Assembly (NCBI GenBank): GCA_035637355.1
Contig: DASPXJ010000003.1
Coordinates: 79-64,078 of the forward strand
Source of the DNA: Gemmatimonadales bacterium
Lineage (GTDB): Bacteria; Gemmatimonadota; Gemmatimonadetes; Gemmatimonadales; GWC2-71-9
DNA: 64,000 bases
Reading direction: 5' to 3'
This document shows, piece by piece, positions 61,809-64,000 of the stretch. Made by a program: the position numbers and the translations under genes. A model generated the notes under the pieces. That model ran no database searches. It was not told the origin of the DNA and was given only the letters and a program-made list of their open reading frames with translations. The first letter of the stretch is position 1; the number at the start of each line of letters is the position of its first letter.

Positions 61809-63017
61809 ATGACGAAGCCTGCCGTCTTCGGTTCGCACGAACCGAACACCCTCGCACAACTCGACGATGTCGCGAGCCGCGCTGAGCGTGCCGCGCTCAT
61901 GGCGGACGGCCATCTGGGCTACGTCATGCCCATCGGCGGCGTGGCGGCCTACCGCGACAAGGTCTCGGTCGTGGGGGTGGGGTTCGACATCGCCTGCGGC
62001 AACGCCGCAATTCGTACCGACCTGAAGCTGCCGCAGATCCAGGGCCGGTTGCGCGAGCTGGCCGATGCGATTCAGGCGTCGCTGTCGTTCGGCGTCGGCC
62101 TGCGGAATCGGTCTGAGGATGCGCCGAGCGACGATCCGCTGTTCGAGGATCCCGCGTGGGACGCGGTGCCCGACAGGCACGAGCGCGATCGGCTGCGCGC
62201 CAAGGCGCGCGAGCAGATCGGCACGGTGGGCAGCGGCAACCATTACGTCGACGTGTTCGCCGACGAAGCGGACCGCATCTGGGTCGGCGTGCATTTCGGA
62301 TCGCGCGGTTTTGGGTTCGGTGTGGCGCACGGGTTTCTCGCGCTGTCGCAGAACAAGCAGTGGGGCGAGCGTGCGCCCGAGCGCGAGGCGTTGCTCGACG
62401 TCCATGCGCCCATCGGCGATGCGTATTGGCAGCTGATGAATCTCGCCGGCCGCTACGCCTACGCCGGCCGCGAGTGGGTCGCGCGCAAGGTCGTGTCGAT
62501 CCTCGGCGGCCGCGAGGAGGAGTTGGTGCACAACCACCACAACTTCGCATGGATCGAGGAGCATGGTGGCGAGAAGCTGTACGTGATCCGCAAGGGCGCG
62601 ACGCCGGCGTTCCCGGGCCAGAAGGGGTTTGTGGGTGGGTCGATGGGTGACGACGCCGTGATTCTCCAGGGCGCCACGCCGGCCGACGCAGCGACGCGGC
62701 AGCTGCAGGCGCGCGCGCTGTACTCGACGGTGCACGGGGCGGGCCGTGTGATGAGTCGCACGGCCGCTGCGGGGAAGCGCACGCGCAAGGGCAAGGTACT
62801 GAAGCCGGGCGCGATCTCGCGCGAGATGATGCATGAGTGGGTGAAAGGGAAGGGTGTGGTGCTGCGCGGTGGTGGCACTGACGAGAGCCCGCATGTGTAC
62901 CGGCGCTTGCCCGATGTGCTGAAGGCTCAGGGCGCGACGGTTGAGGTGCTGCATACGCTGCGACCGCTGATCGTGGTGATGGCCGGGGCGGACGAGTTCG
63001 ATCCATACAAGGATTGA
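61809..63017 (+). CDS. rtcB: RtcB-family RNA 3'-phosphate ligase
   Basis: MADGHLGYVMPIGG, GFDIACGN, GSGNHYVDVF, HFGSRGFG, HNHHNF, HGAGR motifs. Confidence 0.9.
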   Translation: MTKPAVFGSHEPNTLAQLDDVASRAERAALMADGHLGYVMPIGGVAAYRDKVSVVGVGFDIACGNAAIRTDLKLPQIQGRLRELADAIQASLSFGVGLRNRSEDAPSDDPLFEDPAWDAVPDRHERDRLRAKAREQIGTVGSGNHYVDVFADEADRIWVGVHFGSRGFGFGVAHGFLALSQNKQWGERAPEREALLDVHAPIGDAYWQLMNLAGRYAYAGREWVARKVVSILGGREEELVHNHHNFAWIEEHGGEKLYVIRKGATPAFPGQKGFVGGSMGDDAVILQGATPADAATRQLQARALYSTVHGAGRVMSRTAAAGKRTRKGKVLKPGAISREMMHEWVKGKGVVLRGGGTDESPHVYRRLPDVLKAQGATVEVLHTLRPLIVVMAGADEFDPYKD

Positions 63018-63060
63018 GATCGATGTCTATATCGTCGGAGCCCCCCCGGTCAAGAACGCC

Positions 63061-63366
63061 ATGCGACACGACATTCTTGGTACCGAGACCATCGAAGATC
63101 TTAAAGTCGAAGTGAAGCTCGATGGGTGGGACAAGGCGAAGGGCTCGAAGGAAGGGGACTTCACGGTCAAGGACGAAAGGATCTTGTACTACTTCGGCAG
63201 GAGAGGCGTCAGCAATCTCCTCCTGCCCACTGACACGCTGCTGTTGCGATTCCCGACGTCATCCGGAGACAACGTCTTGGTGGAGTTTCGCTTGGGCGCG
63301 GACAGCGTTCGCCGAACGGCGCTGCAGCATGTCGCCGATGCCTGTAACTGGAAACTCCCGAGCTAA
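63061..63366 (+). CDS. hypothetical 101-aa protein, visibly lower GC than neighbours
   Basis: ATG-to-stop ORF with no recognisable motifs, no signal peptide and no obvious Shine-Dalgarno. Coding status is supported only by ORF length in an otherwise dense region. Confidence 0.4.
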   Translation: MRHDILGTETIEDLKVEVKLDGWDKAKGSKEGDFTVKDERILYYFGRRGVSNLLLPTDTLLLRFPTSSGDNVLVEFRLGADSVRRTALQHVADACNWKLPS

Positions 63367-63374
63367 ACGCGGTT

Positions 63375-64000
63375 ATGAATCAACGAATTGCTCTCCTGTC
63401 GGTTGTTGCGGCGCTCGGCCTCTGCACGTCGGGAGCGCATGGTCAGCAACGAGTCATCGATCCCGGTCTTGCCAAGCTGGCCCCGGGTCGCGGGCTGCGC
63501 GTCACGGTCACGAACCGCACCGTGTCCGGCTTCACCGACGGCGACCGGCAGGGTCTGCGTCTGAGTGAAGGTCCGGCCGAAGGCGCCACCTACCTTGAAG
63601 GCGTGGAATTCGCCAACGGCACGATCGAGCTCGACATCCGTGGCAAGGATGTGCAGGGACAGAGCTTCGTCGGATTGGCGTTCCATGGCATCGACAGCGC
63701 CAAATACGAAGCGATCTATTTCTGCCCATTCAACTTCCAGACGGCGGACTCAGCCCGGCACGCGCATGCAGTCCAGTATGTCTCGCAACCCACCGACACG
63801 TGGCAGAAGCTGCGCGCGGAGCATCCAGGGATCTATGAGAAGGCCGTGAATCCGGCACCCGATCCCAACGACTGGTTCCACGCGCGCGTGGTCGTCGCCG
63901 GCGACCGGGTCAGTGTGTTTGTGAACGGAGCGACGGAACCGAGTCTCGAAGTGACCCGATTGAGCAAGAGCACGAAGGGCCTCGTGGGCTTGTGGGTTGG
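63375..64000 (+). CDS. DUF1080 (3-keto-disaccharide hydrolase/LamG-like) secreted protein, C-terminus off window
   Basis: Own translation from ATG 63375: MNQRIALLSVVAALGLCTSGAHGQQ (signal peptide) ...NGTIELDIRGKDVQGQSFVGLAFHG...WFHARVVVAGDRVSVFVNG...GLVGLWV. Open to the window end. Confidence 0.65.
   Translation, partial: MNQRIALLSVVAALGLCTSGAHGQQRVIDPGLAKLAPGRGLRVTVTNRTVSGFTDGDRQGLRLSEGPAEGATYLEGVEFANGTIELDIRGKDVQGQSFVGLAFHGIDSAKYEAIYFCPFNFQTADSARHAHAVQYVSQPTDTWQKLRAEHPGIYEKAVNPAPDPNDWFHARVVVAGDRVSVFVNGATEPSLEVTRLSKSTKGLVGLWV

Overview
High-GC bacterial chromosomal segment that is almost entirely coding, with nearly all genes on the + strand and many start/stop overlaps. The taxon cannot be assigned from the sequence alone. 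A BamB-like lipoprotein suggests a diderm, while the divIVA-ileS-lspA-rluD synteny resembles Firmicutes. Left to right: (1) housekeeping block tilS-hpt-ftsH-folP-cdaA, a DUF2723 membrane glycosyltransferase-like gene, then yggS-divIVA-PNP-ileS-dksA/ylyA-like-lspA-rluD. (2) A ~17.3 kb, 19-gene translationally coupled operon (16235-33527). A complete chemosensory set (3x cheW, cheY, cheA, cheC, cheR, cheD, cheB; no MCP) encloses an MglA small-GTPase/MglB module. That module also carries two extra Roadblock/LC7 proteins, two PATAN(DUF4388)-TPR paralogs, large TPR proteins, and an unusual protein built from two tandem DnaA-type AAA+ modules with no DNA-binding domain. This is the most interesting candidate system in the window. 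(3) A peptidase-MA-like gene, a small membrane protein, tRNA-Val, a secreted TPR-like protein and tRNA-Asp with a promoter-like site and a terminator. (4) A dcw cluster rsmH-ftsL-ftsI-murE-murF-mraY-murD-ftsW-murG-murC-ftsQ-ftsA-ftsZ, lacking mraZ, murB and ddl, followed by an M23 peptidase, hisA-like, a vWA membrane protein, ftsY and recG. (5) A short minus-strand pair (BamB-like lipoprotein plus a small secreted protein), then asnS, rtcB, a low-GC orphan and a partial DUF1080-like gene. No mobile elements, CRISPR arrays or rRNA were seen. Unexplained small-scale structure includes sense-strand G-rich heptamer/hexamer tracts (G-quadruplex motifs) inside or beside conserved genes, three inverted repeats built from tandem 7-nt units, long C/G homopolymers, and TATATT-type -10 hexamers close to start codons. 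The ORF track uses the longest ATG/GTG/TTG ORF, so many starts were moved downstream using homology and the upstream gene's stop. End coordinates include the stop codon.
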